From Adineta vaga (Eukaryota; Animalia; Rotifera), in assembly GCA_021613535.1 (NCBI GenBank), contig CP075494.1, positions 11,904,001-11,968,000 on the forward strand: 64,000 bases of DNA, given 5' to 3'. A program made the position numbers and the translations under genes. Below, piece by piece: positions 40,910 to 54,581 of this stretch. Under the pieces are notes generated by a model, which was not told where the DNA came from, ran no database searches, and worked only from the letters and a program-made list of their open reading frames with translations. The stretch's first letter is position 1, and each line of letters opens with the position of its first letter.

Positions 40910-40920
40910 CAAGATGGCGA
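40910..40920 (+). promoter_or_regulatory. YY1-like motif upstream of RPS28
   Basis: CAAGATGGCGA ~120 bp upstream of the ATG, followed by a pyrimidine tract (ttgttcttttttc). Confidence 0.45.
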
Positions 40921-41041
40921 TACTTAGAATCAGTTTTTGCTTGTTCTTTTTTCGATACCATACCATTCTCTTTTTATGTTTTTAAATGATAATTCATTTG
41001 ATAGATTGATTATCTTTTAGATTACATTCAATCTTACCATC

Positions 41042-41310
41042 ATGGAAAAAAATACAACTGGAGGTGTTATGGCACGTGTTGTTAAGATTCTTGGTCGTAC
41101 TGGCAGTCAGGGCCAATGTACACAAGTACGTGTTGAAATTATCGATACATCATCATCCAAACGATCGATTATTCGAAACGTCAAGGGTCCAGTGTATGTG
41201 TTATCTTTATATAGTGATGATTTCATTTCTATTTCTATTTTCGTTTTAGACGTGTTGACGATGTTCTAGTTCTTCTTGAATCTGAACGTGAAGCACGTCG
41301 TCTCCGATAA
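41042..41310 (+). CDS. RPS28: 40S ribosomal protein S28 (eS28), 2 coding exons
   Basis: [33 protein letters not shown], intron, then [12 protein letters not shown]. Confidence 0.97.
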
Positions 41311-41591
41311 TCGTCGATTATTGTTCATGTTAACATCCATTGAACAACAATTACGACGATTTTGTTTTTGTTTTCTATGTGATACTCTTTTTAAAACGAG
41401 GAGTTGTTAGAAAATCAATAAACAAAAATGATAAAATAAGATTTAAACAAAAATAAAATGAAATATTTTATAGACTTTCATTATAATTTTATTTAAAATC
41501 ACATCTATAAAAATCTGATTTTCTTTCGAAGATACTTCGCAAAAGAAAACTATTCGATGTTTATTTCGATTCTAAAAGATTTACAATTAGT

Positions 41592-43371
41592 TTAAAAACG
41601 ATATTGATGAGTGTGTCCATTCGGTGGCATTAGTGGTTTTATTTTTCTTGGTATAGCAGCTGGTGTAATTCGTCTTCTTTGTTTCGGTAATTGTTGTCGT
41701 GTTTGTAAATGTGAATTGAAATTAGCAAATGTTTCGACAATAATTGGCATTGGTAAATCAATAATCAATACACCAACTACAGTAGTAATTGCACCGAAAA
41801 TCATGCCAATAAATGATTTTGGTACGATATCACCTGCGCCAAGTGTACTGATGGTACTTATTGCTAATGATATACCTTCAACGATAGATATTAATTGATT
41901 ATCAGTTGTATTACTTAAACGTTCGATGTAATATAATGATACACCAGCAATCATAACGGCAAGAAAGAAGAAAAAGATCAGTAAACTTAGGACACTGGAT
42001 GAGTATGACATCGATGTTATAATCACTTTTAAACGTGGATGAAGATTACATAATTTGAACATACGTGCAACACGAATCGTTGAGACAAGATCTAAGGCTG
42101 CGTTATAGCCATTAAATTGAAATGCTTCATAAAGAATATAAGTAAAACAAAACCAAAATGTACCAAGAAAATCTAAATTATAGAGTATAATCTTTTAGTT
42201 CTTTTTCTTCGCAATCTCTTATCTTACCGATCCAATTCAAGATCGACGAACAAAAACTTCTTTTCGATGGTGTTACTAAAAATCTTAGTATAATTTCAAA
42301 TATAAACCAAGAATTACCTAATCAAAGTAAAAGAAAGAACAATCATGATACCAAAGCTTACAATATTAATAATTTTTTTCTTACAAATCCATTCGATAGT
42401 ATCAAAAGCACTAATAATATCACGTTGTTGTGTATTACGTATAATTGTTTGTTCAGTTCTATTCTGTTCAGTCGAAACATTCATTAATGTAAAAGTAGCA
42501 ATTTCGAACATAGGTAATGTTCGAAGAACGAATGAAGTAATGGAGAGTAGAATAAAAAACATTGATGTAACAGCAATGATCTACGAATTATAAAAGAAAT
42601 CTGAAGAGAATATTTTTGCACTCTTGGAACAGAAATATTTCTTTCACTTTTAATATTCTATATTTTTATTCATTAAGTTTTTAAGTGACAGTTATTTCCT
42701 TTTATTACTGAATGTAATGTATGTTTCAATTGAAGAGTTTTATTTACTTTAGATATCAATGATGATCTTGGTTCTTCAAATAATTGCCAGATAATACTTT
42801 TGAGACGTTTTCGTCTGGATAAATGACCACTAGTAATCAAATCAAAATCATCTTCCCATCCAAATTTTTTCACTATATCATCGGTAGTTGATCGAACTGT
42901 ATCTAATTCTAATGAATCTAAAACTTGTAATGTTTCTTGTGTTGATCGATATTTCGTATAAGTCATCCTAACAAAATCACACAGTTTAAACATTTTTCTA
43001 ATTGTTTTCTTTTTAATGAATCATATTTACCAACAGCATGGTTCAACTTCTTCTCTTTGAATTCCCCAATAAGAAAGTTCATCTTCGAACAAAGGTCCAC
43101 AAACATTCGTTGGATAGTGTAATCGTCCTGTTCGATAATAATTTAGTATTTGAGAGAATACTCCTGGATGGCGATCAAAAAAATATTCATTTAAAACTGG
43201 ATCATAATATGATAATTGTGGTGTTAATTTAGATAATCGTGTGGCTGGTAATTTTTTTAATGTTGCACGTTGAGTTTCAAATCGTGTTCCACCAACATTG
43301 AGAATAATACGTGAATCATTCATATTACTTGGTAATGATTCCGTAAATTTAACAACTTTTGTTGTCGACAT
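41592..43371 (-). CDS. KCNC: Shaw/Kv3-family potassium channel subunit with a degenerate pore
   Basis: T1 domain [40 protein letters not shown] and EPCCW; [10 protein letters not shown]; pore STLGAGD; S6 LPMPIIV. Confidence 0.88.
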
Positions 43372-44971
43372 TTTTTCTTTGTCAGAAATAATATATTACG
43401 GAAAGAGAGAAAGAAAGCTACTTTTCTTCGTCTTTTTTCTCGCTACGATACTATTTATCGTGATATTTCACGTTGTTATCGTCAACATATAAACATTAAC
43501 TACTTACCTACTAATATTTTCTTCCTATATATATATATATATATATGATCATTAAATATCCGCGCCTCTCCTGCTCGTCATTCTCAATGGCATATCAATA
43601 TTTTACAGTTTAACAATACAGAAAATCACAACTGCTTCTTTTTTTCCCTTAATACATCTCGCTAACTAATAGCAAAGTTAAATGAACGTCATTCTTGGGA
43701 AAAAAAACACGATAGTACTGAAGTATTCTGTTGTATTAACACATACTCTTATTTCAAATTATCTATTTAGAAATACATACACGCATGTATTATGAGTAAT
43801 ACTAATCTCAACGAACAAACAAAATTGCAAAATGAGACACATAAGATTCCTATTACTGAAAGTATACTTAATACTCTTAAGAAACAATTCAACTATTTAA
43901 TTACGGATGAAAGAGGAAATATTTGTAATGAATATTCGAAAAATTCTTATCTACGATATATCTTTTCACTTGAATCGTTATTTTAGTAGTGATGTAAAGA
44001 TTTTCTTGAAGAATTATTTTCATGTTCTGTTTGAATATTTGATTTTGAGCATAAATCAAGTTTATCTTCTCAAAGTTTTATTAAATTACTGCCTACATAT
44101 CATTGAATCTATTTGCTTTGTTTAGTCGATACTTATTACAATCAGTTTATCTAAACGAATGATGCCCGAAAATGTCAAGAGGTAATTTGATCTTTTCGCA
44201 TATATATATATACACAGAATATCTTCACTTCTATTCTATAAACACTTAGTTTTGTTCAATAATAAGTCTTCAACTTGTCTTGATCATTTTCAAAACGAAA
44301 AGCTGTTAGTCTTCTTTTACATCAAATAATGTCTACCGACTATTGAATAGAACAGCAATATAGCTATATACCATTAACGAGTGATGACACATGACATATT
44401 CATACATATTGTTTTTAAATAAAGAAAGACAAAGAAGTACGTTTTAATGCTTTAAATGCATTAGCATTCGCTCCATTGATTCGAGATTATAAACAATGAC
44501 CATTCCATTTCATTTGTCTTCTATCAATGAGAATGTTCTTATTTGTGATCATTATATTCTACTAGTTGAACATCAGACATATGTCGTATATTAAATTAAT
44601 GTACAATATTCTATTTGATGAATAGTCAATCAGATATGAACATTGGAAACAGATGGTTCGATAAATATCAGGTGTCGAGCCGTGACATGTCTCCAAACAG
44701 GTCAAAATGTTTAATGAACAATGATGTAACCATAAAAAAAGAAAGAGACAACTCACATCCTACTGCGATTGTCAAGGCTATCTTTTCTTTTCTTTTTTTC
44801 CCTTCTACTACATCTTTTAGAATTCAAGGTATACATATGACTGAGTTGTTCTTTATTCTTCTCTTCTCTTCTCATTCTCTTTCTCTTCAGTCGTTCATCA
44901 CCACTTTTTTTCTCATTATATTCTAACATTGACCAACGTTGAACATACATATACAAAAAGAAAAGTCTAGG

Positions 44972-45860
44972 ATGCAACAACATCCGCCATATATGGATAA
45001 ACGACGAGCACGACTTATCAATATTACGAATAAAAACAAATGTAATGATTTCTATATAAAATTAGAACGTATTCGTTTATCAGCAGCCGCTTCTTCAAGT
45101 AAGTCTTGAATGAAAATTTATGATTAGATCGTTTGTATTTACATGATGAAAAATGTTAATGCCTTACATATCTTTATCCACTGTACAAACGGTCTTACTT
45201 AAAGTTATCATCCCTTATTCGATCGATTGTTACTAAAGACATATATGCAAAAGAAATCGGATTAGTCGATTTGACACTTAAAGATGATGTAATAGAATAC
45301 CTGTGAATTGTCAGTTTTTCTAATTGATTTTGTCATTGAAAAAAGTTCAAACTGGGAACAAATTCATGATAATTTTTCTTTCAATTTTAGAACAGTATCC
45401 ACGACGAACAGCCAGAGAATTATTAGATGAATCAAAACAATTTTTTGTCAAAAGTCAACAGGTTTTACATGGTCGACAAACTTTATCAAATAGTCAACGA
45501 ATAACATCAACATGTCGAATATTGTAAGTTTTATTTTCTTAAACAGAGGTGATTTCTTTTTTTCTTAGACAACCACGTCGATCTCCCTATCAACAATATG
45601 CATACGATCAAGATAAATTTCGATTAGAATATCAAATCGAATCAATTTCGAAACCCAATGTAGATCATGTATTCGACAGCGTTAGTATTCTATCTCTATC
45701 GGATCAAACAACATCAGATAGTACGAACTGTCCAACACAATTCATCAAAGCATCGATTCCAGCAACAGTCACTGTCATTGAACGAAATGCTAGAATAATA
45801 AAATGGCTTTTTCAATTACAAAAAACTAATGATTTATCGTCTTTTCAGCGTAATTTGTAA
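44972..45860 (+). CDS. FAM110: FAM110-like protein (3 exons)
   Basis: N-terminal motif RRTARELLDESKQFFVKSQQVL and C-terminal family signature VIERNARIIKWL. Confidence 0.8.
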
Positions 45861-46377
45861 ATCTTTCCCATCAAATAAAAAGAACACATTATCCGTTCAT
45901 CTGTTCTTATACATACTACTAATGAATGATCTTTACAGAAACAGTAGGATCAATACGAACTGTTGGTGATGAGCACGTATAATGTTCTAAGACGTAAATT
46001 TTTTTCCATCAGACGAATTATAGAAAACTTTCCATTGCGTAGGATACCAAATATGGCATAGACGCAATGTTTCGCCATCAATTTATCGGTTCTGTAGAAC
46101 GAAAATTATTGGAAATAGATGATAAAGAAAAATTCTTTTTTAAGTTTAATAAAATAACCTAATTTATTTGTTTTGTATACTATAGACATTCATCATACCT
46201 ATAAGCCTTACAGTTATTCTTAGGTTAAGAACTACCGACATCTGTCCGATTTATCTGAGCTATTGGTTGTTCATTAACAAATTTTCCATAATGGCACATA
46301 CATATATATATGAATGACGATACAAAAATAACAACCTTCGAACTATCTAGAAAAACATTCGAGAGCGAGTAATCAAT

Positions 46378-47641
46378 ATGATTATACGTTTTTCAATTGT
46401 ATTTTATACTCTTCTACTTATTCTTATTAATAATGATTTTAACAATGCCAAAAGTAAGATTTTGAAGAATTTCATTTTTTAATGCTATTCATTTTTTTAT
46501 TGTATTAGCCATTAATATTGTTGAACATAAGTCAAATGATATTGTTACAAATCAATCTTGGCAAACAACAACAGAGCAAACATTAATTCGGTATGAAGAA
46601 AATATTCTAGAGAAAATAGAATTTATCTTAGGAATTTCGTATAGAATTACTCGGCTGAATCCTTCCTTCGAAGAAACAGAACAGAAAATTCGTGTTCGTC
46701 GTGGGAATTATGAGTAAATTAAATGATCTGTTTCTTTTTATCGTTTATTTGATTATATTTTGTTTGATTTATTTTAGTTCCGATGATATTTTGGGAATGG
46801 CTAAAACGGTAAATGATTTTTATTAACTGTTCTAATATCATAGATTAGTGATCGAATTCTAAATAGATTTCTGTCCAAGATTAAATTCAACAGAAAGTTA
46901 TCTTCTAAAGCATTATATTTATTCATAGATGAATTTTCGATCGAGTTATTAGCATTTATTCGTAAATGTCATTTTACCAATTATTCGCATGAAATAACTC
47001 CTATCTTCCAATTCTTTATAAACTCTTTTGAATCCTCTAGAATCAATACTAAAACGTACGAGCTTCGTGAGATTATTCCTTTACATAAAACATTCAATGT
47101 TATGGTAATATCTCGGGAAATCATCACTAAAAAATGATTGATTTTTTGTTACGTTGTTCTTATCATTCCTCGATATGAAAGATCATCTTGAATAATCTTC
47201 ACTTCTTATATATATATATATATATACATGTATTTTAGGTTGCTATATCTGTATTTGTTCTTATCTCACTATGTATTGTCTGCTGTATTGTTACAACTAT
47301 TTATATATGTTTTAAATGTTGTTGTGGCGGTGATAATGGTCGAAAGAGAAATCAAGGTAAATCTCTATGGAAAACACTTGCATTCGAATCTTTTTTCATA
47401 TCTATTTTTAGGTTTTCAAACTGTAGCTCAACCCATAATTATTCAAACAAGTCCTGGACATTATCAGCCACAAGTCTATCAACATCAAGCTCCATCTCCT
47501 CAACCGCCATTTCCTGCTCAACAAACATGGGCTTTAGAAAATCATCCTATGTTACCTCAACCAAGTGCTCCACCACAACCAATAGATGATTTTCATATGG
47601 AACGTCCACCACCCTATGAGAAGATATGTGGAAATACTTAA
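46378..47641 (+). CDS. Small single-pass membrane protein (Shisa/WBP1-like architecture) with a PPxY motif
   Basis: Signal peptide MIIRFSIVFYTLLLILI; RVRR; 31-nt exon 46778-46808; TM VAISVFVLISLCIVCCIVTTIYICF followed by KCCC; Pro/Gln-rich tail ending PPPYE. Confidence 0.7.
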
Positions 47642-48875
47642 GACAACTATCTTTCGATTAAAAAAAATGTTTTTGTCAGATTGTATCTTGAGTCATAATC
47701 TTCTTTTGTCTATTATTGTAATTATCATCTCAACAAAAATTCAATCATATTCATTCAAAAATAGCAGATGTTTGTCTGTGAAAACAAAGATCATTTAATA
47801 TATGCTTTTTATCTTGAAAAGAATAATAAATTTGTGTAACAGATGATTTATTCTTATGATTTAATTACGAAAGAAGAGGAAGTTGAAAGCAAGTCTATCT
47901 TTGATACAAAAATAGGATCAGTTTTCTGTAAATGAAAAGAAGAAAAACTAAGATAAGAGGGTGATAAATAATTCAATTTTTGTTTGCCTTTTTACACATG
48001 ATATTTTGTTCAAAATAACTGTCAATGTTATTAATCTTTCTGCTTGCATAGGAAATATCTAATTTGATATCTCAAAAATCCATCATTGTCGATAAGAATT
48101 TCCTATTTTCTCTCTCTCTCTCTTTCTCTTCCATTCATTCCGTTGCTGTCTTATTTTTCTTACTAGTATGATGTCTCTCTCTTCTTTTCCACTCTTGCCA
48201 ATCAGTAATATTATTATTACTTTTTTTGCTTTGATAGACAGGTCAAAAGTACATACACGACCATCGTTCTAATAGCATTCCAAATATCTTGCTTAGCAAT
48301 CCAATCAGATTGAAGAGAATATATTAATCATGGCTTCTCTTTTACTTCTCGAGACAAAGTTATAAATTATCAATAGAAAAGTAACGATATAATAAACATG
48401 TCAACAATAATCGTTAATACAAGCGAACAATAGAATGTAAGTTTAATCAAAACATTATGATCAAACAAGAAGAAGAAGAAGAAGTTCTATTAAATTAATG
48501 GAGAGATGGAACTTTATTTGAAGTATGTTTATATTAAGATGTAAACATGCATATTTAGATGGGAGATTACAAGAGAAAGAAGAATCAAGTAGATTTGTCG
48601 ATTTTTTTCTTCGAACGTGAGGTTGATCGAGCATTGTTTTTCATTTGAGACGGATTTGAGGGGAGGACAATCTTTCCGTCTTATTTCTATTTTTAATCAT
48701 GATACATTAATCTTTTTTTCTCGAATCTATTTCAAAAGATAAATTTCTTCCCTAGTTGCTCATTTCGATGAATTAAAAACAATATTTTATGACTATCATT
48801 ACGATTCTTTGTTCATCTCGATTGTAGATTATTTGTTTTCTGTTTGCTATAAGATAAAACTTGATCCTATTTCAG

Positions 48876-50544
48876 ATGGGTAACGTACCAATTTTTTGTC
48901 AAAATAAGACTTTCATTGAAAATGAAACATCCTATGAATTGTTATCGCAATGTTGGACTGAAAAACGAATTGCTGATCTCTTACGTTTATGTTTACCATT
49001 AATTATTCTTCCAGTATCACTTTTAAATAATTCTCTATCCTATTTTGCTTTACGAAGTCGACAAATGTATGGAACATCAACTGCATTTTTCATGTTAATA
49101 CTTAGTGTTCTTGATCCACTTGTATTAGTAACAAAAAATTTCGTCTATTTTCCAATATTTATTCCAGTCAATTCAATTTCATGTAAAATACTTTATTTTC
49201 TTATTTATGTTCTTGGTTATACCAATGTTTGGCTACTAGTCATCATGACTGTGGATAAATTCTTTGCTGTATGGTTTCCACTTAGAGCATCATATTTCTG
49301 TACAATAACACGAGCAAAATATACATGTATATTTCTTTTTTTTCTTACAAGTATTATTTCCTTTCATCATTTTTGGACAATCGATAGTTTAACACATCCA
49401 CACAATACTAAAAAGTATTTTTGTTATTATAATATGATTCATTATGGATCTATTCATCGTCTATGGCGTTATATAGATTTTATTATCTGGTGTTTTTTAC
49501 CATTTATTCTTCTCTTATTATTTAGTATATTAATTATTTATAAACTAAAGAAAAATCGAACGAATTCACATGAACATATTCGACATATTATCAGTTCAAA
49601 TCTTCGACTGCGAGAAGGTAAAATGATGAAGTAACATAACAAAGATTTTAGTGCATTGTCAAGGTTGTCATATCTTTGATTAAGTATCTGTCTGAAAGAA
49701 GAAATGTTTGAGAGAAAGAGAAACTATTATTATACCAATGATGAGATTTTCTCTCTTTGGAAATAATACTTTTCATACATATGTCATTATGACATGATCA
49801 ATTAATTTCTGTTCTAAATTAGATATGCATTGCTTTTATCTAAATGAATAGAGAAGGAATAATTTATTGAATTAATCATAGGTTAAACTATCGAATATAG
49901 AGAAGTGTCATTTTACATCATAATATTTCGTTTTAGTTGATTCACCGAAACATTCAAGTGTCTCAATACTCGCCGGTCAAGAAATTGAAATGCGTAGTAA
50001 TCAAAAACATGATGTCATCCGTTCTCGACATCGTCATATCACATTAATGTTACTTTCAGTTGCAACTGTTTTTCTTCTTCTGACCTTACCCAATAGTATT
50101 TATTTTGTTCTCGATATTACTTATAGTTTTAATAAAACACCGATTGTAAATGATTATTATCAATGGTTACGTTATCGTCGTCTAACCATTTTAACTATCA
50201 TTATGTTTCAATTAAGTGATTTACAACATGCTGTGAATTTCTATTTATATCTATTGACTAGTCATAAATTTCGTCGATCTGTCATTGGAATTTGTTTAAA
50301 AATTGTTGACTTTCTACCAACTATACTGACATGTCCATGCCAAAGGAAAATCGAAGAAATGCGCTATGCCAATCAAAAATTTGACAAAAGTCAATATAAT
50401 ATGTCATGTCGTTCAAGTATCTATGGACCATCAAATTCTACACAAAGTTCACGCCATCTGCTACAACAAACTAGACCATTATATGTCTGTAATGGAAATG
50501 TACTCAAATCAACAACAATAACAACAACAAATGATCTGATTTGA
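48876..50544 (+). CDS. Class A peptide-receptor-like GPCR (FMRFamide-receptor-like), 2 exons
   Basis: TM1-5 in exon 1 (LSVLD, CK, MTVDKFFAVWFP, WCFLPF); TM6-7 in exon 2 (FLLLTLP, HAVNFYLY, KFRR). Confidence 0.88.
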
Positions 50545-50606
50545 AATAATTCTATTTGTTATAAAAGAAAATAAAATTTTCAGAGAAAAGAAAGAATATA
50601 TACGGT

Positions 50607-52013
50607 TTACATTTGTACATGATTCCATGCTGTAGTTCGTAGAACATCTTTCAATAGATGAGAATTTTCATGTTCAAAAGCAGTCATTTTCGCGGAAAAA
50701 CGTTTATTATTATAATATGGTGCTATATTGAGTACATCATCATCATCTTCATCAATCGTTGAACGACTTAATATGCTTAATGGACTAGCAGCTTGTCTTC
50801 GAGTTGATGTATGACGCGATTGAGATGTACCAATTCGAGTAGCTGCTGTTCCTTTACGTGGTGTAGTATTTGTTGATGTTATTGATGACGATATTTTCTC
50901 GTTTTCATTTTGATTGACATTTTGTTGCATGGTTAAATTTGTTAAATACATAACATAGAATGGACACGAAACGGCTTTTTCTCCATTCATATTTCGTGTA
51001 GGAAGTTTTGTTGCACGTTTTTGAATCATTGTTGCTAATGATGTCGATGGAAAAGCACTATCACTTCCAATATTTGATTGTTGAGGAATTTGATATGCAT
51101 GCGCTACGTGATAATTTAGATACTGCCGATTGTGATCTTCGTTAGTTATTTGTGAGGATCCCGATACAGTTGATGATGTTTGTTGTGATTTATTCATGCT
51201 ATTACCAACCATTGGAATTGATATCATTGTATTTGTTGGTCCAGTTCTTGTTGTAGATGAAAAACGTTGATGAGGACGAGCTGAATGTGTCGAGGCAGAT
51301 GACGGTCGTTGAGAAATGAAACTAGATAAAACACTATATGGAGTAGCAGTGGCATCCTAAAAGACAATATAGTTGATGATTTTGTCAAAATGGAAATTAA
51401 AATAATCTGTTTCAATTGATTCAAATCTAATCTAAATTACATTTGAATAATTTTTAAGGTTTCTTTATCGAACTTGTCAATATTTCTTTTTTTGAAAAGT
51501 TAAATAACATCTTTATACCCGATTCTGTTGTAAACGTGATGTTCGAGTTGAATCTTCGTGTAATTTGATTTTACTAGTAATCTGATCGATTTCTGATTTT
51601 AATCTAGCTGAACCAGGTAATGGAACAGATAATTGTTTTGATGAAAGATCTTGAGAAAGATCATGATCATTATCTCGATGTTGTACTAATGTGATTAAAC
51701 GTTGTTTTTGACGACGTATAGTCGATGGTCGAAAACCGTTTCTTAAAACACTTCTCGCTGAATGCGAACTTATTGTTGCATCCTCAGTGTGATCAGTTGC
51801 ATGATGATGAATAAATTCTTGTTTAGATAATCGTGATTGTTCTGTTCGATGATGTTTTTGTTCTGATAATGCTAATAATAATTTCGCTGATCGAGTAGGA
51901 CGATTCTGCGTGGACAATGTTGGTGCGACTGCTGATTGATTTTCTATTAGTGCAGGACCGGCATAGAGTCCCGTTTTATTTTTTGCTGAGCCAGGTTTTG
52001 TCATAGATGTCAT
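50607..52013 (-). CDS. Uncharacterised Ser/Thr/Arg-rich, probably disordered protein (2 exons)
   Basis: Two long ORFs joined in frame across an intron near 51357-51518; no recognisable domain. Confidence 0.65.
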
Positions 52014-52820
52014 ATTAGACGAGATGAAAGTAAGAGTTGTCGTAGAATACACACAAAGGCGTGGCAACTATGTTTGAAAAAATTACAAACCAAAAGAATC
52101 GAACATACCGTTGAGAAGAAGAAGAAGAAAAAGAAAAAGAAGAGTTTTTTCTTTATTGTTAGACATCATAGAAAGTATAGTTACTCAAACATACAGTTTT
52201 TCATCTAGAAGTAAAGGAAAAAAGTGTCGTCGTCATCTGAAGCCGATTAAGTGATTGATTGATTGGATTGAATGTATGAGAGAATGTCCAATAGACACTA
52301 ACAGTAATTATTCTTACTTATTTAACTGTTTTTCTTTCACATTTTTCTTCATTAAATGAATAAACAACAAAAATATTCTTGAATCTTGCGTTTTTCATTT
52401 CTTTATAATAACAAAAATATTTTCATTGATGAAAGGAATGTAGAAAAGAAAGAAAGAAAGAAAGAATGAATGGATGAGTGAATGACTAAATGACACGTCA
52501 AAATTCGAAACATTCAAATCTTTAGTTCATAACTTGATTTCTTTACCATATGAATAATCAATTTTTCAAACAAAAGTCATGTTGCTATGAGTGATAATCT
52601 GAATGGAATCTTTTCTTTTTACAAACGAGATCATCATTTTCGTAGACAAAATAGTTAATCTCGAAAGCATGCTTTGTTTTGGTGAAAGAAAAAGTTATGA
52701 TAAACAATCAAAGTAAATAACTAAAAGCACGACATGATGTGTTTTTTTTCGGTGATTGCTTCTACTCGACAATATACACAAACACAAAGCTTTATTGAGA
52801 TTGTATTTTGATCACAATAA

Positions 52821-54123
52821 TCATGTTTCTAAACGACGTTGTCGAACCATTTGCTCTTTTTCATCATCATCAATGGCTTCTTTAATATCATTTAGACCAT
52901 TGTCCTCTGATGAGGGTGTACTTTTTTTTGTAGCGGATTTTTTGAAAAGTTTCGATACTCCATCTGAAAGTGTGTTCAGAAACGATACAATACCCTATAA
53001 ACAAAAGAATCGAATAGATGAAAGATCAAATCAAATAATCATACAATGCCAAATCCACCTCCAATTAAAATCACTGTCAAACACGTAATAGGATAAACAA
53101 GCCATGTTGGTAAACCATATTCATCTTGTAAGGTGGCAAACGTTTCCTAAAAATGTTGTTAACTCTATCAATTTGTCTTTCGAGTTAAGATTAACTATAC
53201 TAACCTTTACAAGTTCAGGTACATTTGCTGATGACGCAGTAAATGACATCCTATAAAATAAATAAAAAACAATGTTGAGGCAATGGAGAGGAATCGGTAT
53301 CCTTACCAAAGACTATTCGGAGCGAGATAAGAAGGAATTGGGTCTGTGTTTTGCCATTCTTCATTTTCAATATAAGTTTGAAGAGATTTCAATGAACGTT
53401 CACCTTCATATTGACGAAAAACGCCATCTCGTACACTAGAATTATTTCAAGGTTCATTTTTAATTCAAACTTCAAAAGAGTAGTTCAATTTGGCTTATTA
53501 GGATCAACAGGACGTGTTTATCAATCCCAGTTCTCTATTATTTTCATGACAATTATTATCAATACATCAAAAGGTAGTCTTATTGCACATGTTAAAGAAG
53601 AATTTATACTCTGTTTCTCAAATATTTGCATATCTACAGTGCTTATAGCCAAAGATTATGATCTGATTACTAACACATAGGGTGGTGCGTTTCACTGAAA
53701 AGTAAATTCTAAATACAGCTGGAAGTTTGTTTACAATCTGTGTGTTTTTTAAGTATGGTGTAATTCAACAAGTATCCTTACTAGAAAACGGTAGGTAAAG
53801 CTGTAATACGAAAACGACTCGAAAGTAAAGAATATTGTTCGATATTAATCGAAGCAACTTTAAGATTTTTCGATGAGATCACTGTTGAAAAATCATTCCA
53901 TATGGGTTGAAATTTTTGACAGGCGGAACACCATGGTGCATAACTAAAACAGAACATAAATGATGATAATGTAAGTTGATGATAGAGAATGAATTGAAGA
54001 TTACAATTCAACCATCCAATGACCATTTAACATTTTTTTCCATGTTCTGTCCGTTAATTCAGTCGGTTCTGGCGAAATTAGACAAGGAAAAAGTAAGAAA
54101 ACGACAAGAGTTGTAATAAACAT
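52821..54123 (-). CDS. TMX1: Thioredoxin-related transmembrane protein 1-like
   Basis: Signal peptide; GHWMVEFYAPWCSACQ; SRFRITALPT; FRQYEGERS; TM segment; C-terminal RQRR ER-retention-type motif. Confidence 0.88.
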
Positions 54124-54581
54124 GTTGAGAAATTGAAAGAGAAATGAACAGATGGTTAATGATGCATGCTCTCAAAATTAAATGGAAGTAACTTGAAGTA
54201 AAAAACTCACAGGTGTGTTTCTCATATATTGGCATACCGCAATGTTCTAGTTATATTCCAGTGCGATAGATGTCATAGAATGATATTATATTTGTTGAAA
54301 AAGCGGAACATTTCAAAGACGTTTTTAACAATTAAAGTTTCACACTGTTATTTGAGCATTTTGAGCAATATGTATTCAGACAAATGTCTATTATTCACAA
54401 GAGAATCGACAACAAACTGATTGTGGATATCATGAAATAGGAGTAGAACGTGATCTTGCTTCAATGACAATTTCTATAACTGTAGAAAAATTTGATTTTA
54501 CTCAAGTTTATTGTACAATCAATAAATAAACTGAACCAATTCGAAAATATATCTTCTGTTCCATGTATTTCAAAATAAACG

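Noticed and set aside
43792-44926. Short ORFs between the Shaw-like gene and FAM110
   Set aside because: Short, motif-free and AT-biased; consistent with chance ORFs.
45960-46260. C/D-box snoRNA suggested by RTGATGA and CTGA words
   Set aside because: Box spacing is too long, with no terminal stem or identifiable rRNA guide.
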